A stretch of DNA of 64,000 nt, from positions 57,675 to 121,674 of IMG/VR virus record IMGVR_UViG_3300049043_000117. One strand, 5' to 3'. Made by a program: the position numbers and the translations under genes. The notes under the pieces were generated by a model, which searched no databases, was not told the origin of the DNA, and saw only the letters and a list, made by a program, of their open reading frames with translations. The DNA comes from a virus. Shown here piece by piece: positions 63,963 to 64,000 of the stretch. Position 1 is the first letter of the stretch. Each line of letters starts with the position of its first letter.

Positions 63963-64000
63963 GGCGGGGTGGTGCGACCTTTGGGCATCTAAGCGTTCAC

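Noticed and set aside
1-64000. tRNA, rRNA or photosynthesis auxiliary genes
   Set aside because: None recognised by eye. tRNAscan-SE was not run, so a degraded tRNA could be missed.

Overview
This is a fragment of a T4-like cyanophage (cyanomyovirus) genome from low-coverage Oxford Nanopore data. Indel frameshifts are pervasive, so most real genes are split across several ORFs in the track. Almost all genes lie on the minus strand. 1-29.6 kb is an AT-rich late structural module: gp25, gp6, a ~13 kb gp7-like wedge initiator, gp8, a DUF4815/VrlC-like protein, small virion proteins and a repeat protein that runs off the left edge. 29.6-34.4 kb holds conserved small genes plus glycosyltransferase, acetyltransferase and 2OG-Fe(II)/cupin-like genes. 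34.5-36.5 kb is a largely non-coding boundary with seven perfect cyanobacterial-type DnaA boxes (TTTTCCACA) and iteron-like repeats, a candidate replication origin. 34.6-55.7 kb is a more GC-rich early region of short ORFs arranged in cassettes behind ~13 copies of a dyad-containing promoter/leader repeat. It also carries an antisense HNH endonuclease, a nuclease-less NUMOD3 gene with a hairpin-enclosed late promoter, and an SF2 helicase. 55,797-63,948 is the reverse complement of 47,604-55,745, joined and terminated by Nanopore adapter sequence, so the inverted repeat is a sequencing artefact. Its two arms nevertheless carry different synonymous alleles of the helicase. Gene boundaries were reconstructed by eye across frameshifts and family names come from recalled motifs, with no database search run.
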